Shown here piece after piece: positions 47,108-57,148 of a stretch of DNA of 64,000 bases. The notes under the pieces were generated by a model. That model was not told the origin of the DNA and made no database searches. It saw only the letters and a list, made by a program, of their open reading frames with translations. A program made the position numbers and the translations under genes. Origin of the DNA: Polyangiaceae bacterium. GTDB taxonomy: Bacteria > Myxococcota_A > Polyangia > Polyangiales > Polyangiaceae. The stretch is taken from positions 704,001 to 768,000 of the forward strand of contig CBDCTZ010000015.1 in NCBI GenBank assembly GCA_965222375.1. Reading direction: 5' to 3'. Every line of letters starts with the position of its first letter. The first letter of the stretch is position 1.

Positions 47108-48103
47108 TCATGGATTGCAACTCGTGGGCACGCCGGCAGACACGGCGAGGTTCACCATGCACGTTTGGTTGTAAGAGGGCTTGGTGCAGTTCGTGATGCC
47201 GTTCTCGTAGTCGCCTCGTCGTCGGATTGCCCTTGTCAAGCAATCGCGACGCGGATCGTGTCCAACCACGAGCGGCAGCGCGACACAATTGGCAGTCGAG
47301 GCTTGCTGGGAGGGGCAGGAGCCCCCTCCAGCGTTGTACGGCACGACGCACAGGTTGTTGGGATTCGGTGAAACGATCCAGTTGTTCGGCGCAGGTAACG
47401 GGGCGCCGGGACAATGAGATGGACAGAACCGTCCAACCGCCCAGCATTCCCCGCCGCAGTCGATGCCTAACTCGATACCCTCCTTCTTCTTGTTGTAGCA
47501 GGTCGGACACTTAGAACAGCCGCCGCCGCAGTCCACTTCTTTCTCGTTGGCGTTCTTTTTGCCGTCACCGCAGCACGGGGGGCAGCTGCCACCGCAGTCC
47601 ACTCCGAACTCGTCACCGTCCTTCTTGCCGTTTTTGCAGCAATTGAGCGCAGGCGTTTCGCAACCGTTATCGGGTTTGCCATCGCAGTCGGCAAAGCCTG
47701 GGGAGCACGTGATCGAGCACTTACCATTCTTACATGCCGCTTTGCCGTTTGTGCTGTTGCACTGCACCTCACAGTCGCCACAGTTGTTGACGTCGTTATC
47801 CGAATTGACTTCGCAGGTGAGGTCATCATCACAGTCTCGCCAGGTGAATGGCACGCAGATGTTGGGCTTACATGTGCCCTTGCTGCAGATTTTTCCTTCG
47901 TCGGTGCAGTTCTTGCCACACCTCCCACAGTTTTCACTGGTCCGCAAATCGGTTTCACACTTGGTTTCGGGTATACCGTCGCACTCGGCCTCCACGCCCG
48001 GCGTGCATTGGCTAATCACCAGCCCATCCCAGTCTCGAGAACAGCTCACTATCATTCCCAAGCCAATGAAGAGCAACGCAAGGAGTGGGCCGCGCAATCG
48101 CAT
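47108..48103 (-). CDS. Cys-rich repeat lipoprotein A
   Basis: MRLRGPLL...IVSC; CGxC and ExGxDCGG repeats. Confidence 0.85.
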   Translation of the reverse strand: MRLRGPLLALLFIGLGMIVSCSRDWDGLVISQCTPGVEAECDGIPETKCETDLRTSENCGRCGKNCTDEGKICSKGTCKPNICVPFTWRDCDDDLTCEVNSDNDVNNCGDCEVQCNSTNGKAACKNGKCSITCSPGFADCDGKPDNGCETPALNCCKNGKKDGDEFGVDCGGSCPPCCGDGKKNANEKEVDCGGGCSKCPTCYNKKKEGIELGIDCGGECWAVGRFCPSHCPGAPLPAPNNWIVSPNPNNLCVVPYNAGGGSCPSQQASTANCVALPLVVGHDPRRDCLTRAIRRRGDYENGITNCTKPSYNQTCMVNLAVSAGVPTSCNP

Positions 48104-48239
48104 CTGGTTGGTCTAGCGCTCCTTTCCTCGTCTTTCGAGGCGCCATCGCTGAGGACCATCGCAACGGGTCCTACGGAGCCACAACGGGCTCCGCAAGACC
48201 GAGTCGGTGGCAAGCTGGTGCAAAGCACGCGACAGCTCC
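48104..48239 (-). repeat. Conserved intergenic unit (other copies at 49596-49722 and 51136-51271)
   Basis: Near-identical ~130-bp spacer containing a GGAGCC/GGCTCC hairpin and an AGGAAAGGAG RBS. Confidence 0.9.
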
Positions 48240-49595
48240 TCATGGGCAGCTCTGGGGCACGCCAACATTTTTTGCCAGATTTTTGAAGCAAGACTCGTTG
48301 TAGGACAGGCACTGGTTGATCTGGGATTGGGTGCCGCCTTTCTGCCTGATCTTCCGGATCAGACAATCACGACGCGGATCAGGATATCCACCCCACATTG
48401 GCAGTTCGAGACAGTCGTCGATGGAGGCTTGGGGAGATGGGCAGGCAAAGGACGGCTTGCCCACAAGAGCAACAGTGTGGGGCACGACGCACTTGTTTGA
48501 TGGATTCGGCCAGACCTTCCAGTTGAGCTCAGCAACGTATGGCGGAAGGTTGGAGACATAGTGGGCCTTCGGACATTGAAATGGACAGAATCTTCCAATC
48601 TCGCCGCATATTCCTCCACCGCAGTCGATGCCAGACTCGCCGTTGTCCTTCTTCCCGTTCCTGCAGGCCGGACACTTGAAACAGCCGCCGCCGCAGTCCA
48701 CTGCGGTCTCGTTGCCGTTCTTCTTTCCATCGCCGCAGCACGCGGGGCAGCTCCCGCCGCAGTCGATGCCCTTCTCCCCGAATCCGGGGTTTTGGACCCC
48801 ATTCTTGCAGAACCAGCACACCGGGCAGCTGCCGCCGCAGTCCTTGTAGGTTTCATCGCCATTCTTCACGCCATCGTTGCAGGTTGGTGGGCATGGGGGG
48901 CAGTTGCCGCCGCAGTCGACTCCGGTTTCGTTGCCGTTCTTCACACCGTCCTTGCAGCAGCTGGGTGCGGGTGTTTCGCAACCGTTGTTAGGTTTGGCGT
49001 CGCAATCGCTATAACCTGGCAGGCAGGCTGCATAGCCACAGTTGCCGGCGCTACATATGGGTTTCGTGACGTTCTGGGGCGTGCAGCCGGCGCCACACGC
49101 TCCACAGTGAGCCACATCGTCACTCAGATTGGTTTCACAACCGGTGGTGACCAGGCCGTCGCAGTCGCTAAAGCCCGGGACGCACGTGATCGTGCACTGA
49201 CGATTCGTACACGCCGCTTCACCGTTTGTGCTGTTGCACACTATGTCGCACCCGCCACAATTGTTGACTTTGGTTAGGTCAGTTTCGCAGCCAGTGTTTG
49301 GATCTTTATCGCAGTCGAATGTGTGTATTGGCTTGCATCTGTTAAGAACACATCTGCCCCCGTCGCAAACCCACCCAGGGCCCTTCTTGGCTTCGCAGTT
49401 GTTGTCGCAGCTGCCACAGTTTTTCGCGTCCGACTGCAGTCGCGCTTCACACCCGTCCTCGGGTCTGCGGTTGCAGTCAGCCTCGAAGCGCAAGTCGCAC
49501 TGGCCGATCGCAAACCCATCCCAGTCTCGAGAACAGCTCACTATCATTCCCAAGCCAATGAAGAGCAACGCAAGGAGTGGGCCGCGCAATCGCAT
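48240..49595 (-). CDS. Cys-rich repeat lipoprotein B
   Basis: Same signal peptide as A; central modules shared with C and D. Confidence 0.85.
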   Translation of the reverse strand: MRLRGPLLALLFIGLGMIVSCSRDWDGFAIGQCDLRFEADCNRRPEDGCEARLQSDAKNCGSCDNNCEAKKGPGWVCDGGRCVLNRCKPIHTFDCDKDPNTGCETDLTKVNNCGGCDIVCNSTNGEAACTNRQCTITCVPGFSDCDGLVTTGCETNLSDDVAHCGACGAGCTPQNVTKPICSAGNCGYAACLPGYSDCDAKPNNGCETPAPSCCKDGVKNGNETGVDCGGNCPPCPPTCNDGVKNGDETYKDCGGSCPVCWFCKNGVQNPGFGEKGIDCGGSCPACCGDGKKNGNETAVDCGGGCFKCPACRNGKKDNGESGIDCGGGICGEIGRFCPFQCPKAHYVSNLPPYVAELNWKVWPNPSNKCVVPHTVALVGKPSFACPSPQASIDDCLELPMWGGYPDPRRDCLIRKIRQKGGTQSQINQCLSYNESCFKNLAKNVGVPQSCP

Positions 49596-49722
49596 CTGGT
49601 TGGTCTAGCGCTCCTTTCCTCGTCTTTCGAGGCCATCGCTGAGGACCATCGCAACGGGTCCTACGGAGCCACAACGGGCTCCGCAAGACCGAGTCGTGAG
49701 TTGGCGCAAAGCACGCAGCTCC

Positions 49723-51135
49723 TCATGGATTGCAACTCGTGGGCACGCCGGCAGACACGGCGAGGTTCACCATGCACGTTTGGTTGTAAGAGGGCTTGGT
49801 GCAATTCGTGATGCCGTTCTCGTAGTCGCCTCGGCGTCGGATTGCCCTTATCAAGCAATCGCGACGCGGATCGTGTCCAACCACGAGCGGCAGCGCGACA
49901 CAATTGGCAGTCGAGGCTTGCTGGGAGGGGCAGGAGCCCCCTCCAGCGTTGTACGGCACGACGCACAGGTTGTTGGGATTCGGTGAGACGATCCAGTTGT
50001 TCGGCGCAGGTAACGGGGCGCCGGAACAATGAGATGGACAGAACCGTCCAACCGCCCAGCATTCCCCGCCGCAGTCGATGCCTAACTCGATACCCTCCTT
50101 CTTCTTGTTGTAGCAGGTCGGACACTTAGAACAGCCGCCGCCGCAGTCCACTTCTTTCTCGTTGGCGTTCTTTTTGCCGTCACCGCAGCACGCGGGGCAG
50201 CTCCCGCCGCAGTCCTTGTAGGTCTCATCGCCATTCTTCACGCCATCGTTGCAAGTTGGGCATGCTGCAGGGCAGGGTCCCCCGCAGTCGATGCCCTTCT
50301 CCCCGAATCCGGGGTTGTGTTTCCCATTCTTGCAGAACCAGCACACGCCGCAGCTGCCGCCGCAGTCCTTGTAGGTTTCGTTGCCGTTCTTCACGCCATC
50401 GTTGCAGGTTGGTGGGCATGCGGGGCAGTTGCCGCCGCAGTCGACTCCGGTTTCGTTGCCGTTCTTCTCACCGTCCTTGCAGGATGCGCAGCTGGGTGCG
50501 GGTGTTTCGCAACCGTTGTCAGGTTTGGCGTCGCAATCGCTATAACCTGGCAGGCAGGCTGCATAGCCACAGTTGCCGGCGCTACATATGGGTTTCGTGA
50601 CGTTCTGGGGCGTGCAGCCGACGCCACACGCTCCACAGTGAGCCACATCGTCACTCAGATTGGTTTCACAACCGGTGGTGACCAGGCCGTCGCAGTCGCC
50701 AAAGCCTGGGGAGCACATGATCGTGCACTGACCATTCGTACACGCCGCTTTACCGTTTGTGCTGTCGCACGGCCGGCCGCACCCACCACAGTTGTTGACG
50801 TCCGTCGCCGAATCGACTTCGCAGCCGTCCGGTCCAGTGGCGGAGAGGCCATCACAGTCTCGCAAGTTGAACGGCATGCAGAGATTCAAGTCACACTTGC
50901 CCTTGATGCAGATGCGGTCGTTTCCCTTGTCTTTGCAGTTGTTGTCACACCTCCCACAGTTTTCGTCGTCCCGTCGCAACTTGGTTTCACACCCGTCCTC
51001 GGGTCTTTCGTTGCAGTCGGCGTTCACGCCCGGTGTGCATTGGCTAATCACCAGCCCATCCCAGTCTCGAGAACAACTCACTATCATTCCCAAGCCAATG
51101 AAGAGCAACGCAAGGAGTAGGCCGCGCAATCGCAT
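49723..51135 (-). CDS. Cys-rich repeat lipoprotein C
   Basis: C-terminal ~150 aa nearly identical to A; middle shared with B. Confidence 0.85.
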   Translation of the reverse strand: MRLRGLLLALLFIGLGMIVSCSRDWDGLVISQCTPGVNADCNERPEDGCETKLRRDDENCGRCDNNCKDKGNDRICIKGKCDLNLCMPFNLRDCDGLSATGPDGCEVDSATDVNNCGGCGRPCDSTNGKAACTNGQCTIMCSPGFGDCDGLVTTGCETNLSDDVAHCGACGVGCTPQNVTKPICSAGNCGYAACLPGYSDCDAKPDNGCETPAPSCASCKDGEKNGNETGVDCGGNCPACPPTCNDGVKNGNETYKDCGGSCGVCWFCKNGKHNPGFGEKGIDCGGPCPAACPTCNDGVKNGDETYKDCGGSCPACCGDGKKNANEKEVDCGGGCSKCPTCYNKKKEGIELGIDCGGECWAVGRFCPSHCSGAPLPAPNNWIVSPNPNNLCVVPYNAGGGSCPSQQASTANCVALPLVVGHDPRRDCLIRAIRRRGDYENGITNCTKPSYNQTCMVNLAVSAGVPTSCNP

Positions 51136-51271
51136 CTGGTTAGTCTAGCGCTCCTTTCCTCGTCTTTCGAGGCCATCGCTGAGGACCATCGCCACGGGTC
51201 CTACGGAGCCACAACGGGCTCCGCAAGACCGAGTCGAGTCGGTGGTGAGTCGGCGCAAAGCGCGCGACAGC

Positions 51272-52495
51272 TCATGGGCAGCTCTGGGGCACGCCGGCAT
51301 ACACCGCCAGGTTGACCATGCACTGTTGGTTGTAAGAGGGCTTCAAACAAGCCGCGATTCCAGTCTCGAAGTTGCCCCGTGTTCGGATCTTCCTGATCAG
51401 GCAGTCCCGGCGCGGGTCGTGAGAACCCCCCAGCATCGGGACCGCGAGACAATTGGCAATCGAGGCTTGCAAGGAGGGGCAGGCAGCCTTGCGATCGGTG
51501 TAGGGCACGACGCACGGATTCTTCGGGTCCGGCCAGACGATCCAGTTGTCTTGTGGCGGCACCGGGCCGGTGGGACATTGAACTGGACAGAACCGGCCAA
51601 CTGCAAGGCATGATCCACCGCAGTCGATGCCAGTCTCGTTGCCGTTCTTCTTCTTGTCGTAGCAGGAGGTCTGGCACGGCGGGCAGCTCCCGCCGCAGTC
51701 GATGCCAGTCTCGTTGCCGTTCTTCTTCCCGTCCTTGCACGTCGAACACGCTGGGCAGCTCCCGCCGCAGTCGATGCCAGTCTCGTTGCCGTTCTTCTTC
51801 CCGTCCTTGCAAGTTGGGCATGCTGCGGGGCAGGGTCCCCCGCAGTCGACGCCCTTCTCCCCGACTCCGGGGTTGTGTTTCCCATTCTTGCAGAACCAGC
51901 ACACGCCGCAGCTGCCGCCGCAGTCCTTGTAGGTCTCATCGCCATTCTTCACGCCATCGTTGCAAGTTGGGCATGCTGCAGGGCAGGGTCCCCCGCAGTC
52001 GATGCCCTCCTCCCCGACTCCGGGGTTTTGGACCCCATTCTTGCAGAACCAGCACACGGGGCAGCTGCCGCCGCAGTCCTTGTAGGTTTCATCGCCATTC
52101 TTCACGCCATCGTTGCAGGTCGCTGCTGGCTGGCCGCCACTGCCCCCTGACGACCCGCCGCCAGCTCCGGCTGTGCCAGAACTGCCACCGCTGCCGATTG
52201 GGCAGTCCGGACAGATGGCGCCGCCACAGTCGATACCGGTTTCGGTGCCGTTCTTGATGCCATCCTTGCAGGTGGACGTATAGCCACCGCTGCCCCCTAG
52301 CGATCCGCCGTCAGCTCCGGCTGCACCAGAGGCGCCACCAAAACCTGGGGTTCTCCCGGGCTCCTCCGAAGTATCGGCCGCGCACGCCACCGCCACGGCA
52401 AACGTCACCGCTAGTGCGAAGCCGCGCTCAATGCGCGAACGCACGGAGCGATCCGGCGTCGATTTCTCGTTGTGATTCGTGTTGGTGTGATGCAT
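51272..52495 (-). CDS. Cys-rich repeat lipoprotein D (first gene of the array)
   Basis: AGGAG RBS before ATG 52495, AVAC lipobox, repeated CKDGKKNGNETGIDCGG; sigma54-like TGGCACAAGCCGTGC at ~52587-52602 on the minus strand. Confidence 0.82.
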   Translation of the reverse strand: MHHTNTNHNEKSTPDRSVRSRIERGFALAVTFAVAVACAADTSEEPGRTPGFGGASGAAGADGGSLGGSGGYTSTCKDGIKNGTETGIDCGGAICPDCPIGSGGSSGTAGAGGGSSGGSGGQPAATCNDGVKNGDETYKDCGGSCPVCWFCKNGVQNPGVGEEGIDCGGPCPAACPTCNDGVKNGDETYKDCGGSCGVCWFCKNGKHNPGVGEKGVDCGGPCPAACPTCKDGKKNGNETGIDCGGSCPACSTCKDGKKNGNETGIDCGGSCPPCQTSCYDKKKNGNETGIDCGGSCLAVGRFCPVQCPTGPVPPQDNWIVWPDPKNPCVVPYTDRKAACPSLQASIANCLAVPMLGGSHDPRRDCLIRKIRTRGNFETGIAACLKPSYNQQCMVNLAVYAGVPQSCP

Positions 52496-52838
52496 CTCGA
52501 GCTCCTGGTTGAGGGCACCCCAAGTCACCGCCGCACTGCCGATGGTCGCACCCAAGAAACGGCGCCTAGGGCGTCCAACAAACTCCGCACGGCTTGTGCC
52601 ATTGACCAAAATCAAGATGCCGCGACGTTCCTAGGGAGTCCGGCCGTCGATTCTTCGAAAGTCGAGTGGGACCTTCGAGCACTGCTGCCAACCCGAACTG
52701 CCAACCGCGAGTTGCGTTGCATCGGTGGCCAACCTTCTTTCCGGGCTCTTCTGCACGGACTAGACATGGCCCACCGGTTGCACGGGATCTTGGCACGAGT
52801 CGCCGAGAGGCGGCTCGGCCGTCTCCAGGAGGCTTCTC

Positions 52839-55268
52839 ATGCGTTCGTTATACCTTGCTGCGTTGGCGTCGTTGACCCTGCCATTCGCCCTCGTCGTCGC
52901 CTGCGGCGGGAGCGACGAAGGCGAAGCGGTCGGGGGAGGGGGCGCCGGTACGGGTGGTGGCATCAATGTCGACTCCGGTGGGCCGGCACAATGTGGACCC
53001 ACGAAACCGTGCGAAGCCGGCGTCTGCTCCAAGGGGATCTGTTGCGACACCGCAGAGCAATCATGCGGGGGCCAGTGCTGCGCATCCGGAGACGCTTGTC
53101 TGTTCGAGCAATGCGCGACCCCAGGCAAGCCCTGCCAGAGCTCGGCGGACTGCGGCGACGGCGAGTATTGTGAGACCAGCCTGGGCAGCAAACCCGATGG
53201 CGGAGCAGGCGGTGCGGGCCAGAGCGACGGGGGCAAGGTGTGCACCTCTACAGTGACCAACGCAGGGCGTTGCGTGGCCCTGCCACCAATTTGCGGGGAT
53301 GGTGGTCCCGGTGCCGACGCCGGGCACTGCGTCGAAAAGTGCGAGTTCTTTCCAGCGCCGGGCAGCCTGAACACCACCAAGAAGTGGCAGTGGGGACAAG
53401 GCATCAAGCCTGCGGAGTTCCCTGCTTTCATCGATACGTGGTCGACGCCCACGGTCGGACGCGTCTACGATTCAAACTGTGACGGTACGATCAACGCGGG
53501 TGACTCGCCGGCGCTGGTGTTCGTCTCCGGAAACGGGCAGGGCACGTGTTGTCAGTGCACCGGGGCTCCAGCCGCGCAGAGCGCGTGCAAGACGGGTGTG
53601 CTGCGAGCCGTGGACGGCCGCACGGGGACGACCCTGTGGTCTTTGCGCAAGGCTGAGCCTGGAAGCGTGGGGTTCGCCGCAATGAGCACGGCCCTGGGCG
53701 ACATCGATGCTGACGGCAGCATGGAAATCGTTGCCATGACCGGTGAGGGCAAACTGGCTTTGATCAGCGGTGACGGCAAAGTCCTGGGCCTATCCGACAA
53801 GCCCTACCCCAACTCGCACTCGCCCGCCTTCGGCTGGGGTGGCGGGATCGCGTTGGGCGACATGGATGGCGATGGCAAGCCGGAAGCCGCATACGGCGCG
53901 ACGGTCTGGACCATCGATGGCACTACCATCAAGCACCAATTCGACGGAACCGCCGGCCTTGGAGGTTTTGTCCACACGGCGATGTCCTTCTTCATCGACC
54001 TCGATGGCGACGGAAAGCTGGAGCTGCTCGCCAGCAACTCGGCCTACAACAGCAAAACGGGCGGGATTCTGTGGAACCGAAGGACGGCCAGCCCCCTAGG
54101 TGCCGCCCTTCCCGATGGATTGAGCGCCGCAGCGGATTTTGACGGCGACCAGAAACCCGAAGTCGTCGTCGTTGGCGGCGGCAAAGTGTGGATCCTGGAA
54201 GGCGCCACCGGCGCCAACGAGCTGGGACCTTTCACCCTTCTAGGCACGGGTAGCGGAGGGCCACCAACGGTGGCGGACTTCGACGGCGATGGCAAAGCAG
54301 AGATCGGAGTAGCCCAGCAGAACAAGTACTCGATGCTCAAGCCCAACTACGCGACCAAGAAAATCGTGAGCATGTGGGAGGCGCCGAACCACGACCTATC
54401 TTCTTCCGTTACGGGTTCCAGCGTGTTCGACTTCGAAGGCGATGGCAGAGCCGAGGTCGTGTACAACGACGAATGTTTCTTGTGGGTCTACGACGGAAAA
54501 ACCGGCAAGGTGCTGCTCACGGAGCTAACGACGTCCTTTACGGGCACCGAAGCGTCGATCGTGGCGGATGTGGATGGCGACGGACACTCGGAGATCGTGA
54601 TGATCTCCAACGGCGCGAGCCCCACGAACTGGCAATGTAATATTTCCCCCTGGAACAAGCCCGACCCGGCCAACAACCGGCCGGCCTGGAAGCCGCCACC
54701 AGGTCAAACCGCTTACCGCGGTCTGACGGTGTGGGGCGACAAGCAAAACTCCTGGGTCGGCACTCGCACGCTGTGGAATCAGCACGCGTACTCCGTATCG
54801 AACATCTGTGACGACCGCGACACCGCATGCACGGCACCGAACACCTATGGTCTGATCCCGAAGCAGCAACAGGCCAACTGGACATTGCCGTGGCTGAACA
54901 ACTTCCGCCAGAACGTCCAAGACCAGGGGATCTTCAACGCCCCGGACGCTGTGGTCACGGTCAATGTGGAATGCAGTGATCCCGTCGTAGTAAACGTCAG
55001 CGTACGCAACATCGGCCTGTCGGGGCTTCCCGCGGGCGTGCCAGTGGATGTCTACAATGGCGCCAAAAAGATCGGCAGCGTCGCGACGACCCAACCCTTG
55101 GGCCCGGGGCAGAGCGAGACCATCGCCTTCAGCGTGCCTTCAGGTAGCGGCGGCCAAGATGACACCTACGGCGCGAAGATCGACCAGGGCGCCAACAAGA
55201 CCTTCAACGAGTGTCGCGAGGACAACAACGATGCCAGTGGCGCCAAGGCCAATTGCGGACCGAGGTGA
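52839..55268 (+). CDS. FG-GAP/VCBS repeat lipoprotein with a C-terminal CARDB-like domain
   Basis: VVAC lipobox; multiple ADFDGDG repeats, SSVFDFEGDGRAEVVY, WNQHAY and ECREDNN. Confidence 0.88.
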   Translation: MRSLYLAALASLTLPFALVVACGGSDEGEAVGGGGAGTGGGINVDSGGPAQCGPTKPCEAGVCSKGICCDTAEQSCGGQCCASGDACLFEQCATPGKPCQSSADCGDGEYCETSLGSKPDGGAGGAGQSDGGKVCTSTVTNAGRCVALPPICGDGGPGADAGHCVEKCEFFPAPGSLNTTKKWQWGQGIKPAEFPAFIDTWSTPTVGRVYDSNCDGTINAGDSPALVFVSGNGQGTCCQCTGAPAAQSACKTGVLRAVDGRTGTTLWSLRKAEPGSVGFAAMSTALGDIDADGSMEIVAMTGEGKLALISGDGKVLGLSDKPYPNSHSPAFGWGGGIALGDMDGDGKPEAAYGATVWTIDGTTIKHQFDGTAGLGGFVHTAMSFFIDLDGDGKLELLASNSAYNSKTGGILWNRRTASPLGAALPDGLSAAADFDGDQKPEVVVVGGGKVWILEGATGANELGPFTLLGTGSGGPPTVADFDGDGKAEIGVAQQNKYSMLKPNYATKKIVSMWEAPNHDLSSSVTGSSVFDFEGDGRAEVVYNDECFLWVYDGKTGKVLLTELTTSFTGTEASIVADVDGDGHSEIVMISNGASPTNWQCNISPWNKPDPANNRPAWKPPPGQTAYRGLTVWGDKQNSWVGTRTLWNQHAYSVSNICDDRDTACTAPNTYGLIPKQQQANWTLPWLNNFRQNVQDQGIFNAPDAVVTVNVECSDPVVVNVSVRNIGLSGLPAGVPVDVYNGAKKIGSVATTQPLGPGQSETIAFSVPSGSGGQDDTYGAKIDQGANKTFNECREDNNDASGAKANCGPR

Positions 55269-55335
55269 CTCTGAACCTGATCGACGTACATGACCCAGAC
55301 CCGCTGTGATCGGGCAGTGTCTCCTCAACCCCCGT

Positions 55336-57084
55336 TCACTCGGGGCACTTCAGCAGCGCCCAACCACCGATGACGTCGCCTTTGGAGAGCTGAGACTTGT
55401 TGATCCAAACCACGGCGACTCGACTGCGCCCGGCCGCGATGGCAACCCGCTCTCCGTCGAAGCCATCGAGGATTCCTCCGCCCAGATCCGTCAACGGAAC
55501 CGAGTCTGCTGCCGAGGACGATAGGATTCCAGAGGCACCACTGACGCGATGCACGGACATCCCCTGACTCGTCGAGGTCACGATCAGCATGTGATCTCGC
55601 AACCTCGTCATCCCGGCGCCCTTCAATGCGCCGCTGCCGACAGTGCCCGTCGCGATTTCACTGACCGTGGAGCCAGCGAGCTGCGCCGCCTTCCAAGTGG
55701 CGCCGGAGGCGGTCGGAACGAGTGCAGCTGCCTTGTCGTCCCATGCGGTCGCCGCGGCCCAGCCGGCGTCCGGCAACGCGATCTCGCCCTTGGGCTCGAG
55801 CGTGTCCGAGGCATTGGGGCCAACGCTCATCACGACCCCGGAGGGCATTTTCGACGGCACCAGCCCGACAAACGCGCGAACTTGGCTGCTCGTCACCACG
55901 TGGGCGAACGGGATGCTCTCCGCCCCGAGCGGATGCACCACGCCGGCACCTTGCTTGAACTTCGGGGCTTCTGCAGCATCCGCGGGTGCAGAAACCACGA
56001 CCCGCTGCACGTCAGTGGTCGAGTTCTGTTCAGGCGTGGGGCTGTGCTTGACGCGGTAGACGAGCTCGAAATCCGCAGCGGCGGCGCCCGCTGCCGCCGC
56101 GCCCGCCGGACGCACCATTTCGAGCCCCTCGAAACTGGTGGTGTGTGTGGCCAGGGGCGAAGCGTGCAAATCACCCCTTGAATCAAAGGGCATCAGCAGA
56201 ACGCCACCACCGTCTCCGCAATTGGGCAGGCTGGCGGCCGCCAAACCCGCATCACCCGAAAATGCGATCCCAACACCGTCTGACGAAGCCCCACCAGTGC
56301 AAGTGAGCTCGTTGGAAGCGAGGTCGACTACGCCGCGAACCACGGGCGCTCCGCAATCAGACAGTCCCAGCAGCTTGACTTGGCCTTTGTCGCCACCGGA
56401 ACTCATCTCACGGAGTGCGACGACAAAGCCGTCCGGAGTCGAAACCAGTCCAGGGCCGCTGATGATCGACGATGAGTCTGCGGGTGCGGGCAACGGCCCT
56501 GAAGCGGCGACAGTCAGGGGGCAGCCTTTGAGATCCCCATCGTCGATTACACACTCACCCGTGGTGCATGACCCTTTTGTGCAGATCTTCGGCGACTTGC
56601 ATCCCGGACCGCGGAGCGCCTCGCACGCACAGGTAGGCATCCCATCCTGGGTTTGCGCCGACCAGTCGCATACGCCGATGCGTACCTCTCTAACGTTTTC
56701 TAGATTGGCGGCCGTGCACCCGAAGCCGACGACGCCACAGTTTTCGTTTCGAACCAGCGCCGCGAAGCCGTACTTCACTTTGTCCAGATCGCCCACGTCA
56801 GGAAGACTGCTGTCGACGGGCGCGACGGAGCGAAAAACGGCGCCATCCGTCCGCCCCGCTTTCAGGTCGTCATCGGAGGGGCATCCGTTGCGGAACACCA
56901 CGAACTCCGTGTAGGCACCCGCTTCACGAAATGCCGTCTCCTCGCACAGATCGCGCAACCCGATCTTGATCTTGGGCTTCTCCGCGCAGGAAGGAAAGCA
57001 AAGGCTCGCGAAAGCGAGCGCAAAGCCTGAACACACTACCCTGTTCACCGGTGAATGATTGCGCACTAGGCGGGGGTTATGCAA
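55336..57084 (-). CDS. Putative lipoprotein, function unknown
   Basis: 582-aa ORF with a hydrophobic N-terminus ending FPSC. Confidence 0.72.
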   Translation of the reverse strand: MHNPRLVRNHSPVNRVVCSGFALAFASLCFPSCAEKPKIKIGLRDLCEETAFREAGAYTEFVVFRNGCPSDDDLKAGRTDGAVFRSVAPVDSSLPDVGDLDKVKYGFAALVRNENCGVVGFGCTAANLENVREVRIGVCDWSAQTQDGMPTCACEALRGPGCKSPKICTKGSCTTGECVIDDGDLKGCPLTVAASGPLPAPADSSSIISGPGLVSTPDGFVVALREMSSGGDKGQVKLLGLSDCGAPVVRGVVDLASNELTCTGGASSDGVGIAFSGDAGLAAASLPNCGDGGGVLLMPFDSRGDLHASPLATHTTSFEGLEMVRPAGAAAAGAAAADFELVYRVKHSPTPEQNSTTDVQRVVVSAPADAAEAPKFKQGAGVVHPLGAESIPFAHVVTSSQVRAFVGLVPSKMPSGVVMSVGPNASDTLEPKGEIALPDAGWAAATAWDDKAAALVPTASGATWKAAQLAGSTVSEIATGTVGSGALKGAGMTRLRDHMLIVTSTSQGMSVHRVSGASGILSSSAADSVPLTDLGGGILDGFDGERVAIAAGRSRVAVVWINKSQLSKGDVIGGWALLKCPE

Positions 57085-57148
57085 ACGCCAGGGTCACCCC
57101 AATGGGTTCCCGTCCATCTCGGCGGCGTCGCAAAGCAGGGGAGGCGGG

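Noticed and set aside
47108..52495. Diversity-generating retroelement (TR/VR) explanation for the near-identical C-terminal blocks
   Set aside because: No reverse transcriptase is present in the window, both copies are coding, and the few differences I could see are not adenine-specific.
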